A stretch of 60,564 bases of DNA, taken from NCBI GenBank assembly GCA_026398635.1, contig JAPLSM010000042.1:1-60564 (forward strand), in the 5' to 3' direction. This stretch comes from Spirochaetota bacterium (GTDB taxonomy: Bacteria > Spirochaetota > Spirochaetia > SZUA-6 > Fen-1364). Below the pieces are notes generated by a model. The model was not told the origin of the DNA and searched no databases. It saw nothing but the letters and a program-made list of their open reading frames with translations. A program made the translations under genes and the position numbers. Positions within the stretch are counted from its first letter, which is position 1. The number at the start of each line of letters is the position of its first letter. Shown here in pieces: positions 11,549 to 20,451 of the stretch.

Positions 11549-12339
11549 TGCGCGCGCGCCTCGCCCCGCTCCTGCTGCTCGCGGCCCTGGCCGGGTGCAC
11601 GTCCCGGCAGCCCGTGAGTCCCCGCTTCAGCTACACCAAGGGCGAGTTCCGGGCGTTCGCCGCGACGCTTCCTTCCGACGTGTCGGTTCGGGCCCTCGCC
11701 GAGCCCGAACGGTTCCTGGAGCTCCTCGCCGGAGCGCTCGGGGCTCCGACCGGGGTGCTGCAGCTGGTGGACAAGGCGCACGGCCTCGACCGGTCCTGGA
11801 CGCCTTCGGACCTGGTCGATCTATCGGGGGGGAAGCTGAGCCTGCCGAAAGCCGGCCTGCGCCTGCGGACGGTCGCAATGGAGGACCTGCTCGCCATGAG
11901 CGATGCCGCACACACCGACGGAGCGGTGCTCACGATCTCGTCAGCCTGGCGCTCGTGGGACACTCAGGCTGCCCTCCGCGCCAAAGCCCTGGAGACGCAG
12001 CCGCGCGAGCAGGTGGACCGGGAGCTCGCCGCCCCCGGGCACTCCCAGCACCAGCTCGGCACCGCGATCGACCTCGGCTCCATCGATGATTCATTCGCGG
12101 ATACCGCGGCCGGCCGATGGATGGCCGCCAATGCGTGGCGGTACGGGTGGTCGATGTCGTACCCGCGGGACCGCGAAAGCGAGACCGGCTACCGGTGGGA
12201 GTCCTGGCACTTCCGATGGATCGGGCGTCCCGCCGCAGAGCTCGTGCAGTCGTTCTTCGGGGACAGCCAGCAGCAATTCCTGGAGTTCTACGCAGCCAGC
12301 GAGACGGCTCTCAGGGCGAAGCTGCGCATGCCTGCCTAA
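11548..12339 (+). CDS. M15 family D-alanyl-D-alanine carboxypeptidase (VanY-like) lipoprotein
   Basis: Lipobox LLLAALAGC. Zn-peptidase motifs SAWRS, PGHSQHQLGTAIDL and WESWHFRW. The ATG shares one base with the lon stop (TGATG 11546-11550). Confidence 0.85.
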
Positions 12340-12902
12340 CGGAGGTCTTCCGCCGGCACCCTGAACGCACCCTGGCGCAGGATCCTGAAGGGCTGGCTCG
12401 AAGCATCGACGATGGTCGAAGGCTCGGCGTCCGGCAGGTCGCCGCCGTCCAGCACCAGGTCCACTTCAGATTCGAACTCCGCGATGATGTCCGCCGCGCG
12501 CCACAGCGACGGTCTCCCGGTGCGGTTTGCGCTCGTGGACAGGAGCGGCTGCCCGAGCCCGGCGATGAGCTCGCGCAGCCACGCCGCCGCGGGGATGCGC
12601 AGCGCCAGCGTTGCGCCCCCTTTCACGGGGAGCACCAGGGTGAGCGGTCCGGGCCAATGTCGGGCGAGATGATCGGGTGCGGCCCGGCCGGTCAGCCGTA
12701 GCGCCCAGGACGCATCCGCCGCGAGCCGCAGAAAGGGCTTGCCCTCGTCGCGGCCTTTCAAAGCGCGGATCCTGGCGTCAGCCTCCGGATCGATGCCGAC
12801 GATGCCGTAGATCGTGTCGCAGGGGATGATCGCCACGCCGCCGCCCGCGAGCAGCGCCGCGAGCGTACGCACCGCGGCGGGGTCAGCGGCGGCGAGCACC
12901 AT
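12336..12902 (-). CDS. tsaC: L-threonylcarbamoyladenylate synthase (TsaC/YrdC family)
   Basis: Motifs IIPCDTIYGIVG, LKGRDEGKPF, PGPLTLVLP, LRIP, LLSTSANRTGRP, PSTIVD. The ATG at 12902 gives ~188 aa. The 3' end converges on and overlaps the M15 gene by 4 nt. Confidence 0.88.
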   Translation of the reverse strand: MVLAAADPAAVRTLAALLAGGGVAIIPCDTIYGIVGIDPEADARIRALKGRDEGKPFLRLAADASWALRLTGRAAPDHLARHWPGPLTLVLPVKGGATLALRIPAAAWLRELIAGLGQPLLSTSANRTGRPSLWRAADIIAEFESEVDLVLDGGDLPDAEPSTIVDASSQPFRILRQGAFRVPAEDLR

Positions 12903-13329
12903 GGAGCGGACGCCGGCCTCGCCGGCCGAACAAGAAGACGAGCAGCGCTGTGAACACGGCGACGCCAAACCCCGCTGTCTTGAGCCATGGGCCGCGGTCA
13001 TGCCGCGGCGTCTTCATGCGCAGGAGCGTTCCAACCTCGTACGGCTCGGCCCCCGTCCGCCCCCCCTCGATGCGCAGCACCCGGTCCTCGGGCCGGTACA
13101 GCCCGAGGTCGCGCGCGAGCACCTCGGTGCGTCGAGGGTCGTCGCGAAGACTCCCGAGCTCCGCCTGCAAGGAACGGTTCAGGCCGTCGAGGTCCTTCAC
13201 ATTGCCCTCGAGCCGGTCCCGGTAGTCCGTGAGGCGGTCGAACGCGGAGACGCCCGAATCTCCGAAGAGGTACACGAGCAGCGAACCGATGGTATATGCC
13301 AGCAGAGCGAACAGCAGGAGCCTGCGCAT
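12883..13329 (-). CDS. ftsB: Septum formation initiator family protein (FtsB/DivIC-like)
   Basis: N-terminal TM helix (MRRLLLFALLAYTIGSLLVYLF), then a coiled coil (YRDRLEGNVKDLDGLNRSLQAELGSLRDDP..EVLARDLGLYRP.DRV). It also has a second C-terminal hydrophobic helix. Confidence 0.7.
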   Translation of the reverse strand: MRRLLLFALLAYTIGSLLVYLFGDSGVSAFDRLTDYRDRLEGNVKDLDGLNRSLQAELGSLRDDPRRTEVLARDLGLYRPEDRVLRIEGGRTGAEPYEVGTLLRMKTPRHDRGPWLKTAGFGVAVFTALLVFLFGRRGRRPLHGARRR

Positions 13330-13386
13330 GGGTGTCCTTTCTGATGTACGGCGCGGCGTTCCGTTCTGTTGAATGAAATTCTTGTA

Positions 13387-13416
13387 TTGACAACGGCAAA
13401 ACGGCGGCACTACACT
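13387..13416 (+). promoter_or_regulatory. Putative sigma70-type promoter of the acidic-protein/Maf operon
   Basis: TTGACA (13387-13392), an 18-nt spacer, then TACACT (13411-13416), about 85 nt upstream of the ATG at 13502. Confidence 0.45.
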
Positions 13417-13501
13417 TAAATCGACCGGGGCGCCAGGTGCAAGTGGATGGGCGTTCGTGCCGATGATGAAGGGTGATCATGCGGAACCTCAGGAGTGACC
13501 A

Positions 13502-15109
13502 ATGGCGAGGGATGTGAACGTTGGCCCTGCGGCGGAAAAGAAGCTCGAGCGCTACGGCGTGTGGGTCAAGGTCGAACCCCGCGACGTCACCCGCGACCTC
13601 GGCGGCAGCTTCGAGCTGACCGACCTCGAACCCCAGGCTGCCGGCGCATCCCCGGCGCGCGCATCTTTCACCGACGAGGAGGAGCACCTGCTCGACGAGC
13701 TGGAGACCGGCGTCGGCCATGAGGTCGCGGCCGGCACGCAGCTCGAGCTCGAGTCGCTCGACGAGCGGTTGTCCACTCCCTCCTCTGACGAGGAGCTGCC
13801 CGAGCTCGAGCTCGAGGATGCCGTGGAAGTCCCCCTCACCGACGGCAAGCCGAGCGCGGAGCGCTTCGACGACCTCGAGGCCATCGAGAGCGAGATTTCC
13901 CCGAGGCCTTCCGGCGCCTCGCGTCAGCCGGAGATCCTCTCGCGCATCGAGCGCGAGCTGCGCTCGATCCGTTCCGACCTCTCCGCGCTGAAGAAGGAGC
14001 TCGCCGACCTGCGCCGGCCCGGCGCCGGGATGGCACCGGACAGCACCGAGGCCGGACCGAAGGCGGGTTTCTTCGAGGAGGAGGAGGACGACACGATCGC
14101 CCTCACCGGCGACGAGCTCGACAACATCCTGAACACCGCCGACATCACCGAGGAGGCCGCCGAGGCGCCCGCCGCTGAAGCGGATTTGGCCGAGGTCGGC
14201 GACGCCGGTACGCTCTCGGACCGCGGCGACATCCTCGATTACGAAGAGCCCGCGGCCGCCGCAGAGTCCATCGCCGAACCCGTGGAGGAGCTCGAGGCGG
14301 TCACCGACCTGGAACTCGAGCTGCCGGACAGCGCGCCCGTTGAGCTCATGCTCGATGACGCCGGAGCCACGTCCGCCGAGACCGGCGAGCTTCCCACACT
14401 CGACCTCGAGGGCATTCCCGAAATCGAAGGGGCCGGCGAGGCGGAGCTCGAGGAGCTGCCCGCGGAAGAGGACACCATCGCCGACGCGGACCTGGTGGCC
14501 GATCTCGAAGAGATTCCCGGCACGCCGGGTCCGAAGCCGCAGTCGACGTTCCCGGAGGTCGACCTGAAGGAACTCGCCGCCACGCAGGACACGGGCCACG
14601 AATCGATCCTGTCGATGGACGACCTCGCGGCGTCCGACCTCGCGGAGCTCGAAGCGGTCGCCGAGGACTCGGCACCGGCGGCCGGCGCGTCCATCGAGAT
14701 CGATTTCGAGCAGGCCGCCGCTCCCGCCGAGGCGGGAACCGGGGTCGAAGAGGTCGAGACGCTCGAAGCCGTCGAGGATCTCGAGGATCTCGAGGAGGTC
14801 GCCGAAACGCTCGAAGCCGTCGAGGATCTCGAGGAGGTCGCCGAGACGCTCGAGGAAGCCCCGGCCGTCGAGGAACCGGTTAGGAAGCCCGAACCTCCGC
14901 GCCCGGCCCGGCAGACGGAACCTGCCCCGGCCGCCGGACAGACGCTGGTGATGAACGAATCGCTCAAGAAGGACCTGCGCAACGTGCTGGGAGTGATCGA
15001 CGAGCTGCTCGACGCACTGCCGGAGAAGAAGATCCGTGAATTCGCCAAATCGGAGCACTTTGCCGTCTACAAGAAGCTCTTCGAAGACCTAGGCCTGGAT
15101 ACAGAGTAG
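13502..15109 (+). CDS. Highly acidic, low-complexity repeat protein of unknown function
   Basis: AGGAG lies 6 nt upstream of the ATG. The 535-aa protein has a short basic/hydrophobic N-terminus (KKLERYGVWVKVEP), a very long D/E/A/L/P-rich middle, and a conserved-looking C-terminus (LKKDLRNVLGVIDELLDALPEKKIREFAKSEHFAVYKKLFEDLGL). No family was recognised. Confidence 0.75.
   Translation: MARDVNVGPAAEKKLERYGVWVKVEPRDVTRDLGGSFELTDLEPQAAGASPARASFTDEEEHLLDELETGVGHEVAAGTQLELESLDERLSTPSSDEELPELELEDAVEVPLTDGKPSAERFDDLEAIESEISPRPSGASRQPEILSRIERELRSIRSDLSALKKELADLRRPGAGMAPDSTEAGPKAGFFEEEEDDTIALTGDELDNILNTADITEEAAEAPAAEADLAEVGDAGTLSDRGDILDYEEPAAAAESIAEPVEELEAVTDLELELPDSAPVELMLDDAGATSAETGELPTLDLEGIPEIEGAGEAELEELPAEEDTIADADLVADLEEIPGTPGPKPQSTFPEVDLKELAATQDTGHESILSMDDLAASDLAELEAVAEDSAPAAGASIEIDFEQAAAPAEAGTGVEEVETLEAVEDLEDLEEVAETLEAVEDLEEVAETLEEAPAVEEPVRKPEPPRPARQTEPAPAAGQTLVMNESLKKDLRNVLGVIDELLDALPEKKIREFAKSEHFAVYKKLFEDLGLDTE
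14747..14860 (+). repeat. In-frame tandem repeat (39-nt unit, about 2.7 copies) inside the acidic protein gene
   Basis: The unit gaggaggtcgccgaaacgctcgaagccgtcgaggatctc is repeated at 14747, 14792 and 14831 (the last partial), with an extra gaggatctc duplication at 14783-14791. It encodes EEV(A/E)ETLEAVEDL. Confidence 0.8.
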
Positions 15110-15113
15110 CGCC

Positions 15114-16286
15114 ATGAGCCTTCTGGAGAAGGCGTCCGCCTTCGCCCGTGCGAAGAGCTTGCTCCACCGCAGCCTCGAGCTGCTGAGCGAAGAGCCTTCC
15201 TCCGCACCCGCCGGACCTGCCGAGCCCTCCGTCTTCGACGTGCCCGTCTTCCGGATCCGGGTCAAAAACACCGAGCCGGAGAAAAACCCCGAATCCGCAC
15301 CGGCGCCGTCCAGGACAGCTCCTCCCGTGCCGTCTGCTGCCGCCGACCCGGCCGCGTTCACGGAAGAACTCGCCGGCGAGGTGGCCTCCCTCGAACCGAC
15401 GATCGACCTGCCCTCCCGACTCTTCGGGCTCCTCAAGGACCGCCTTGGGATCGCGAAGGGAGCGCTCCTGCTCCACGACACCGTGCGCCAGGTCTTCGCC
15501 CCGTGGGCCGCGGCCGGCTACGACGCTGCGACGCTCCGACGGCTGCGCATCCCACCGGAGGGCACCGTGTTCGGCCGTCTCGTCGGCAGCCTCCCGGTCG
15601 AGGTATCCGATCCGAAGGGCATCGCGGATCTTCGTCGCTTCTTCTCGTCCCGCGAATCGGGCAACTTCGAGCGGCTCCTCCTCGCGCCGTTCTCCGCGGG
15701 CGACCGGCTCCTCGGAGCGCTGCTCGTCTCGCAGATCGCTCCTCCCATTCCCGCCGGGTCGCCGCTCACAGACTGCCTTGCGCGGGCTGCAGCTGCCGCC
15801 CTGCCCGCGCTGCAGCGCCTCCGCGACGAGATCCTCCGTCCCGGACGCGCGGGCCCGGTCTCGCCTCGGGAGGCCCGGGAGGACCTCACCCGGTTCCTCG
15901 CCGCCCACACCCGGGGGACGCAGCCGTTCACCGTGTTCCCGCTTTCCCTCGAGCGCTGCCGGAAACGGGTGATCTCGGCGAACCCGTGGTTCGACCCCTT
16001 CCGGCTCGAGGAAGATCTTCGCAGCGTGGTGTCCGGCTTCACCGCAGACCTGGGCCGAGCGGTGCATCTCGGCCGTCTGCGTTTCCTCGTCGCGGTACGC
16101 GACCTCTCGGCCGCCGACACGGACCTGTTCGTCCACCAGCTGGCATCGCTGCTCGGCTCGCTCTTCCACGCGACCTCCTTCGAGCCCGCCGACGCGGAGG
16201 TCGGCACCGCGCGGACCTTCCCCGACGGTGCTGAGGGCACCCCCGAGGCCGCCGCCGAGCTCCTCGCCTCGCTCGCCGCGTCCTGA
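15114..16286 (+). CDS. Hypothetical protein (possible GAF-like middle and degenerate GGDEF-like C-terminus)
   Basis: 390 aa, starting 5 nt after the preceding stop. The middle segment GALLLHD..FAPWAAAGYD...LLLAPF..GDRLLGALLVS looks GAF-like. The C-terminal ..FTVFPLSLE..HLGRLRFLVAV.. resembles a GGDEF fold without the GGDEF motif. Both domain calls are by eye and weak. Confidence 0.65.
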   Translation: MSLLEKASAFARAKSLLHRSLELLSEEPSSAPAGPAEPSVFDVPVFRIRVKNTEPEKNPESAPAPSRTAPPVPSAAADPAAFTEELAGEVASLEPTIDLPSRLFGLLKDRLGIAKGALLLHDTVRQVFAPWAAAGYDAATLRRLRIPPEGTVFGRLVGSLPVEVSDPKGIADLRRFFSSRESGNFERLLLAPFSAGDRLLGALLVSQIAPPIPAGSPLTDCLARAAAAALPALQRLRDEILRPGRAGPVSPREAREDLTRFLAAHTRGTQPFTVFPLSLERCRKRVISANPWFDPFRLEEDLRSVVSGFTADLGRAVHLGRLRFLVAVRDLSAADTDLFVHQLASLLGSLFHATSFEPADAEVGTARTFPDGAEGTPEAAAELLASLAAS

Positions 16287-16295
16287 GCCCCCCCA

Positions 16296-17915
16296 ATGGT
16301 CGAGCCCTTCACGTCCCGTGGCGGCCTCCCGAGCCTGCGGGTGAACGGCGTAGCCCTGCACTCCCCCTACGACCCGGCCGCGGAGGCGCGCCGGTTCGTC
16401 CGTGAGACGCTCGGCGCGACGCCGGTCTCGACGGTGGTGCTGCTCGGTGAGGGCCTCGGGTACCTCGGGGCAGCCGTGATCGAAACCGCGCCCGAGGCCC
16501 GGCTCGTGACCGTCTGCTACTCGCCCGAGGTGGACCGGCACGCCGTGCGCCGAGCGGCCGCAGCCTGGAACCCCTCCGCGCCCGTCGGGCTGGGCGACTT
16601 CCTCCGCCGAACGATCGGCGAGCTGGACGTCGAAGGCCTGCGGGTCATAGAGTGGCCGGCCTCCGCGCGCCTCTTCCCCGAGGTCTCGCAGCAGGCGAAC
16701 CTCGCCGTGCGGGCCGTGGTGCGCGAGCTGAACGGCAGCTGTGCCACCGCCGCCGCCATGGGCCGGCTGTGGATGCGCGGCGCGGTCTGGAATCTCGTCT
16801 CGATCGACACCGTGCTGGAGGGTCCCCCCTGCGCCCCGGACCGGCCGGTGGTGATCGCCGCTTCGGGTCCGACGCTCCTGCGGTGTCTTCCCGACATTGC
16901 GCGGGTGCGATCCGGCATCGACCTGTGGGCGCTGCCCTCCGCGGCCTGCGCGCTCAGCGCAGCGGGACTTCACCCGGACCTCGTCGTCCTCACCGACCCG
17001 GGGCACTGGGCGATGGTCCACCTGCACTTCGCATCCTCGCGCTGCCCCGTCCTCATGCCCCTGTCAGCCGCGCGCGGCATGTGGAGGATCGGGGAGCCGG
17101 TCCGGCTGCTGAGCCAGGGCACGTTCCTCGAGCGCGAGCTGCTTTCAGCCGTCGGTGTCGAGGTGCCGCTGGCGGAGCCCCATGGCACCGTGGCTGCCAC
17201 GGCTCTCGATCTCGCGCTGGCTTCCACTCGCGGCCCGGTGACGCTCGCCGGGCTCGACCTGTGCGCGCTCGACAGCGAAACGCACGTCAGGCCGAACGCC
17301 TTCGATGCGCTGCTTCGGGCCGACGATGACCGCCTCTCGCCGCATTACGGGCTCGCGTATACCCGTGCGCGTGCCGGGGAATCGTCTTCCCGGATCGTCG
17401 ACGGCCTCCGCGTCCGGGTGTCTCGAAGCCTCGACACCTACGCAGGATGGCTCGCGCACCGGGCTGCCGCCACGCGCGGCAGGGTCTTCCGGCTCCACCC
17501 TTCCCCCGTCGAGCTGCCCGGTACCGTCCTCCTCGACGGTTCACGGCTCTCGGCGCTCGTCTCATCGGCTCCGGCATGCGCTTCGGGACCACAGATGCAT
17601 CCGGATCCCCGGTGGCCGTCTGCAGCCGCGCGCAGGGACGCGGCGTTGAGTGTACTCTCACGCTGGGTGAAGGTCCTCGGCCGGGGAGCGGCAGAGGCGC
17701 GCGCCGGCTCCTGGGCGGAAGCCCTTGCAGGATCGCCCGAGCTGGCGGACCTCGCGTGGCACGCCGCGGCCCGCGACATGATCGACGCGAAGCGCCGGCA
17801 GCGGCTCGGAGACGCGGCGGGCGCGCAGGCAGCCGTTGTCGGCCTGCTCGAGGACGCCGGCGCGTTCGTCCGCTCGCTCGGCGCCCGGCTCGGGACCGGC
17901 GTCCCCCTGCCGTGA
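16296..17915 (+). CDS. Motility-accessory-factor-like protein (Maf / MptE-like DUF115 family)
   Basis: The N-terminus (..SRGGLPSLRVNGVALHSPYDPAAEARRF) and the core (PVVIAASGPTLLRCL......LHPDLVVLTDPG) match the Maf/DUF115 pattern (GPS/TL ... PD....D) seen in flagellin nonulosonic-acid glycosyltransferase candidates. Confidence 0.7.
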   Translation: MVEPFTSRGGLPSLRVNGVALHSPYDPAAEARRFVRETLGATPVSTVVLLGEGLGYLGAAVIETAPEARLVTVCYSPEVDRHAVRRAAAAWNPSAPVGLGDFLRRTIGELDVEGLRVIEWPASARLFPEVSQQANLAVRAVVRELNGSCATAAAMGRLWMRGAVWNLVSIDTVLEGPPCAPDRPVVIAASGPTLLRCLPDIARVRSGIDLWALPSAACALSAAGLHPDLVVLTDPGHWAMVHLHFASSRCPVLMPLSAARGMWRIGEPVRLLSQGTFLERELLSAVGVEVPLAEPHGTVAATALDLALASTRGPVTLAGLDLCALDSETHVRPNAFDALLRADDDRLSPHYGLAYTRARAGESSSRIVDGLRVRVSRSLDTYAGWLAHRAAATRGRVFRLHPSPVELPGTVLLDGSRLSALVSSAPACASGPQMHPDPRWPSAAARRDAALSVLSRWVKVLGRGAAEARAGSWAEALAGSPELADLAWHAAARDMIDAKRRQRLGDAAGAQAAVVGLLEDAGAFVRSLGARLGTGVPLP

Positions 17916-19570
17916 GCGCGCTGCTCGAAGCCAACCTCCGGGCGCTCTCGAGCCGCGACCCGGCGCTCGCCGGTATCGTGCGTGCCGCCGCGCCGGACCC
18001 GGGCCTGTCGTTCACCACGTCAAAGTCCGGTCTCCCGGTGCCGGTCCGGCGCGACGGCCCTGCCCTGCACTCCCGAGTCGACCCGGTGCGGGAAGCCAGC
18101 CGGCTCGCCGCAACGCTGCCGCCCGCGGGCGTTGCGGTCTTCCTGGGGCTTGGCGGCGGCTACGCACCAGCCGCCCTCTTGTCGTCCGGCAGCCTCTTCG
18201 CCGGCGTGATCGTCGAGCGCGGTGCACCCGTGCTCCGCGCCCTCCTCGAGCACATCGACCTGTCGCGGCTGCTCGCCGACCCGCGGATCGCGGTGGTGAC
18301 CGACCCCGCGGCCGTCACCGGCGCGGTGCTCGAAGCCTGGGCTCCCGCCCTGATGGGCGACCTGCGCACCGTGCCCCTCCGTCCCTGGTGCGACACGGAC
18401 CTCGCCTTCTTCGACCGGGCTGCCGCGGCGCTCGAGGCTGCCCGGGAACTCGCTTCCGCAGATTGGGCGGCGCAGGCACGGTTCGGCCGGCGGTGGTTCA
18501 CGAACGCCCTGCTCAACCTGCCGGCTGTCGAACGGGCCCGACTGTCGATACCTCCGGTCGGTTCTGCCATCGTGACCGGCGCAGGACCTTCGCTGGACCG
18601 GTTTGCGGGCTGCCTTCCCGGGGAGCGTCCGGGCAGGCTGCTCGCCGCCACTGACACCTCGCTGCCGGCCCTCCTCGCGCGGGGCATCGTGCCCGACCTC
18701 GCGATCTCCATCGACTGCCAGCTCTACGGGTACCATCACGTCATGGCAGGCATCCCGGCCGACCTGCCCCTGCTGCTCGACCTGTCCTCACCACCGGCAC
18801 TCGCACGGTCGCACCGGAACGTCGGCTTCTTCGCGAGCGGGCATCCCCTCGCCCGCTGGGTATCGCGACACTGGCGGAGCCTGCCGGACGTGGACACCTC
18901 CGGCGGCAACGTCACCCACGCGGCGGTTTCGACGGTCCACGCCCTCGGCGCACAAGAGGTGCGGCTCGCCGGTGTGGACTTCTCATATCCCCTCGGCAGC
19001 CCCTACGCCCGGGGCACCTGGCTGCACCCGTACTTCCGGTCCCGGGAGGACCGGTGTTCACCCTCCGAGGGAAGGTTCTTCGGAATGCTCGTGGCAGACC
19101 CCGGGACGATCCGCGAAGCAGCTCCCGAAGGCCCCCGGTACACCTCTCCGCTCATGGCCGGCTACCGCCGGGCCTTCGAGCAGTTCACCGGCTCGCTTGA
19201 CGCGATCATCCTCGACGACTGGTGCCTGGGTCCGGGCCTCCGCGTCCGGCGCGGGACCGGACCATCGCCTGCCCGGTGGGACGGGGGTTTCTCGATGGGC
19301 TCACCGCGCTCGGGGTGGCGGCGGATGCTCGGCTCGTACACGACGCTCGTCGCGGGGCTTTCGGCTCCCGGTCGGCCGCTCGCCGCCTGGTGGCACGGTT
19401 TGGAGCCTGCCCACCGGGAAGCCTGGCAGACCCTCCTTCCCCTCCTGCCCGGCCTTGCGGGCGACCCTGTTGAGGACCGGGGGGCTCTTCTCGAGCGCGC
19501 ACGGCGATGGGCGCTGTCTCAGGTTTCACTCTTCCTTGCGGTAGACGACGGCGGCATACCCCACGAATGA
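17912..19570 (+). CDS. Second Maf / MptE-like DUF115 family protein (paralogue)
   Basis: The GTG start overlaps the previous stop (GTGA 17912-17915). N-terminus LLEANLRALSSRDPALAGIV...SKSGLPVPV..DGPALHSRVDPVREA. Core AIVTGAGPSLDRF....TDTSLPALLARGIVPDLAISIDCQ. The ORF-track start at 17447 is an extension. Confidence 0.72.
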   Translation: MSALLEANLRALSSRDPALAGIVRAAAPDPGLSFTTSKSGLPVPVRRDGPALHSRVDPVREASRLAATLPPAGVAVFLGLGGGYAPAALLSSGSLFAGVIVERGAPVLRALLEHIDLSRLLADPRIAVVTDPAAVTGAVLEAWAPALMGDLRTVPLRPWCDTDLAFFDRAAAALEAARELASADWAAQARFGRRWFTNALLNLPAVERARLSIPPVGSAIVTGAGPSLDRFAGCLPGERPGRLLAATDTSLPALLARGIVPDLAISIDCQLYGYHHVMAGIPADLPLLLDLSSPPALARSHRNVGFFASGHPLARWVSRHWRSLPDVDTSGGNVTHAAVSTVHALGAQEVRLAGVDFSYPLGSPYARGTWLHPYFRSREDRCSPSEGRFFGMLVADPGTIREAAPEGPRYTSPLMAGYRRAFEQFTGSLDAIILDDWCLGPGLRVRRGTGPSPARWDGGFSMGSPRSGWRRMLGSYTTLVAGLSAPGRPLAAWWHGLEPAHREAWQTLLPLLPGLAGDPVEDRGALLERARRWALSQVSLFLAVDDGGIPHE

Positions 19571-20359
19571 TTCATCGATGTGCACGTCCCTGCTCGTCCG
19601 GTAGTCGAGCAGCTCGCCCCGCGTCACCCCGGCTTCTCGGGCGAACGCCATGGCGGCGATGGCTCCCCCGGCAGAGCATGCCGAATGCTCTCCGACGCCC
19701 CGCTCGCGCGCACCGGCCTCGTCCATGGCGAGCAACGCGTCGATGAAGCGCCGATCGTTCACGCCGCTCACCCAGTCCACGGCCCTCGCTCCGGACCCGA
19801 CCGGAGCGAACCCGTAGTTCGGCCCGTAGTGGGTGAGGTCCGTCGAGCCCACCACGGCGACCCGGATCCCTGCAGCCCGCGCCGCCTCGGCGATGGCCCG
19901 GCCGAGCTCGCCGGCCCGGGGCGACGGCGGGGCCCGCATGCCCAGGCACCGTGCTTCGGGGAAGAAATACCTCGCAAAGGGCAGCTGCACCTCCACCGTG
20001 TTGTCCGCCCACCGATCCTCGCCCATCGGCACGCGCGCCTTCATCTGCGAGAGCAGCTCGAGGTCTGCCGGTATGTTCCCGAGGGGTGTTTCGTATTCCT
20101 CGTCGAACGCGCACAGGATGCCGTCAGCAGGAGCCAGGTGTCCGCCGATAATGACGATGGTGTCGATATCCTCAGCCAGGCTGGCGAAGACCGCGCAAGC
20201 GAGCGCGCCCGAGAACTCCCACCCGGCGTGCGGCGCGACGCCCGCCACGGCCCCCCGGCGGGGCGGCGACGGGCCGAGCATGGCCTGCACGGCGTCGCGC
20301 ACGCCGTGCGCCGTCCCGGGGTACCACCCGGCCGGCAGGCACCTCCTCCGCACGCCCAT
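19526..20359 (-). CDS. MEMO1-family protein (AmmeMemoRadiSam system protein B-like)
   Basis: Motifs AGWYPG, GVAPHAGWEFSG, ADNTVEVQLPF, VVGSTDLTHYGPNYGF, EHSACSAGGAI, and a C-terminal VGYAAVVY. The 3' end overlaps the convergent Maf gene by 45 nt. Confidence 0.85.
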   Translation of the reverse strand: MGVRRRCLPAGWYPGTAHGVRDAVQAMLGPSPPRRGAVAGVAPHAGWEFSGALACAVFASLAEDIDTIVIIGGHLAPADGILCAFDEEYETPLGNIPADLELLSQMKARVPMGEDRWADNTVEVQLPFARYFFPEARCLGMRAPPSPRAGELGRAIAEAARAAGIRVAVVGSTDLTHYGPNYGFAPVGSGARAVDWVSGVNDRRFIDALLAMDEAGARERGVGEHSACSAGGAIAAMAFAREAGVTRGELLDYRTSRDVHIDESFVGYAAVVYRKEE

Positions 20360-20451
20360 CAGCGCCTCCGACCCGATTGTACGCCGCCGCCGGCCCCACG
20401 TCTATCGCGGTAGACGGCCTTCAGCTATACTGCAGGAGCGGAAACAGCCGT

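Noticed and set aside
12998-17027. Very long minus-strand ORFs (12998-15058, 686 aa; 14964-17027, 687 aa) antisense to the acidic-protein/Maf operon
   Set aside because: They are Arg/Gly/Pro/Glu-rich shadow ORFs, typical of high-G+C DNA. They have no recognisable motifs. The plus-strand genes have Shine-Dalgarno sequences, operon spacing and family signatures.
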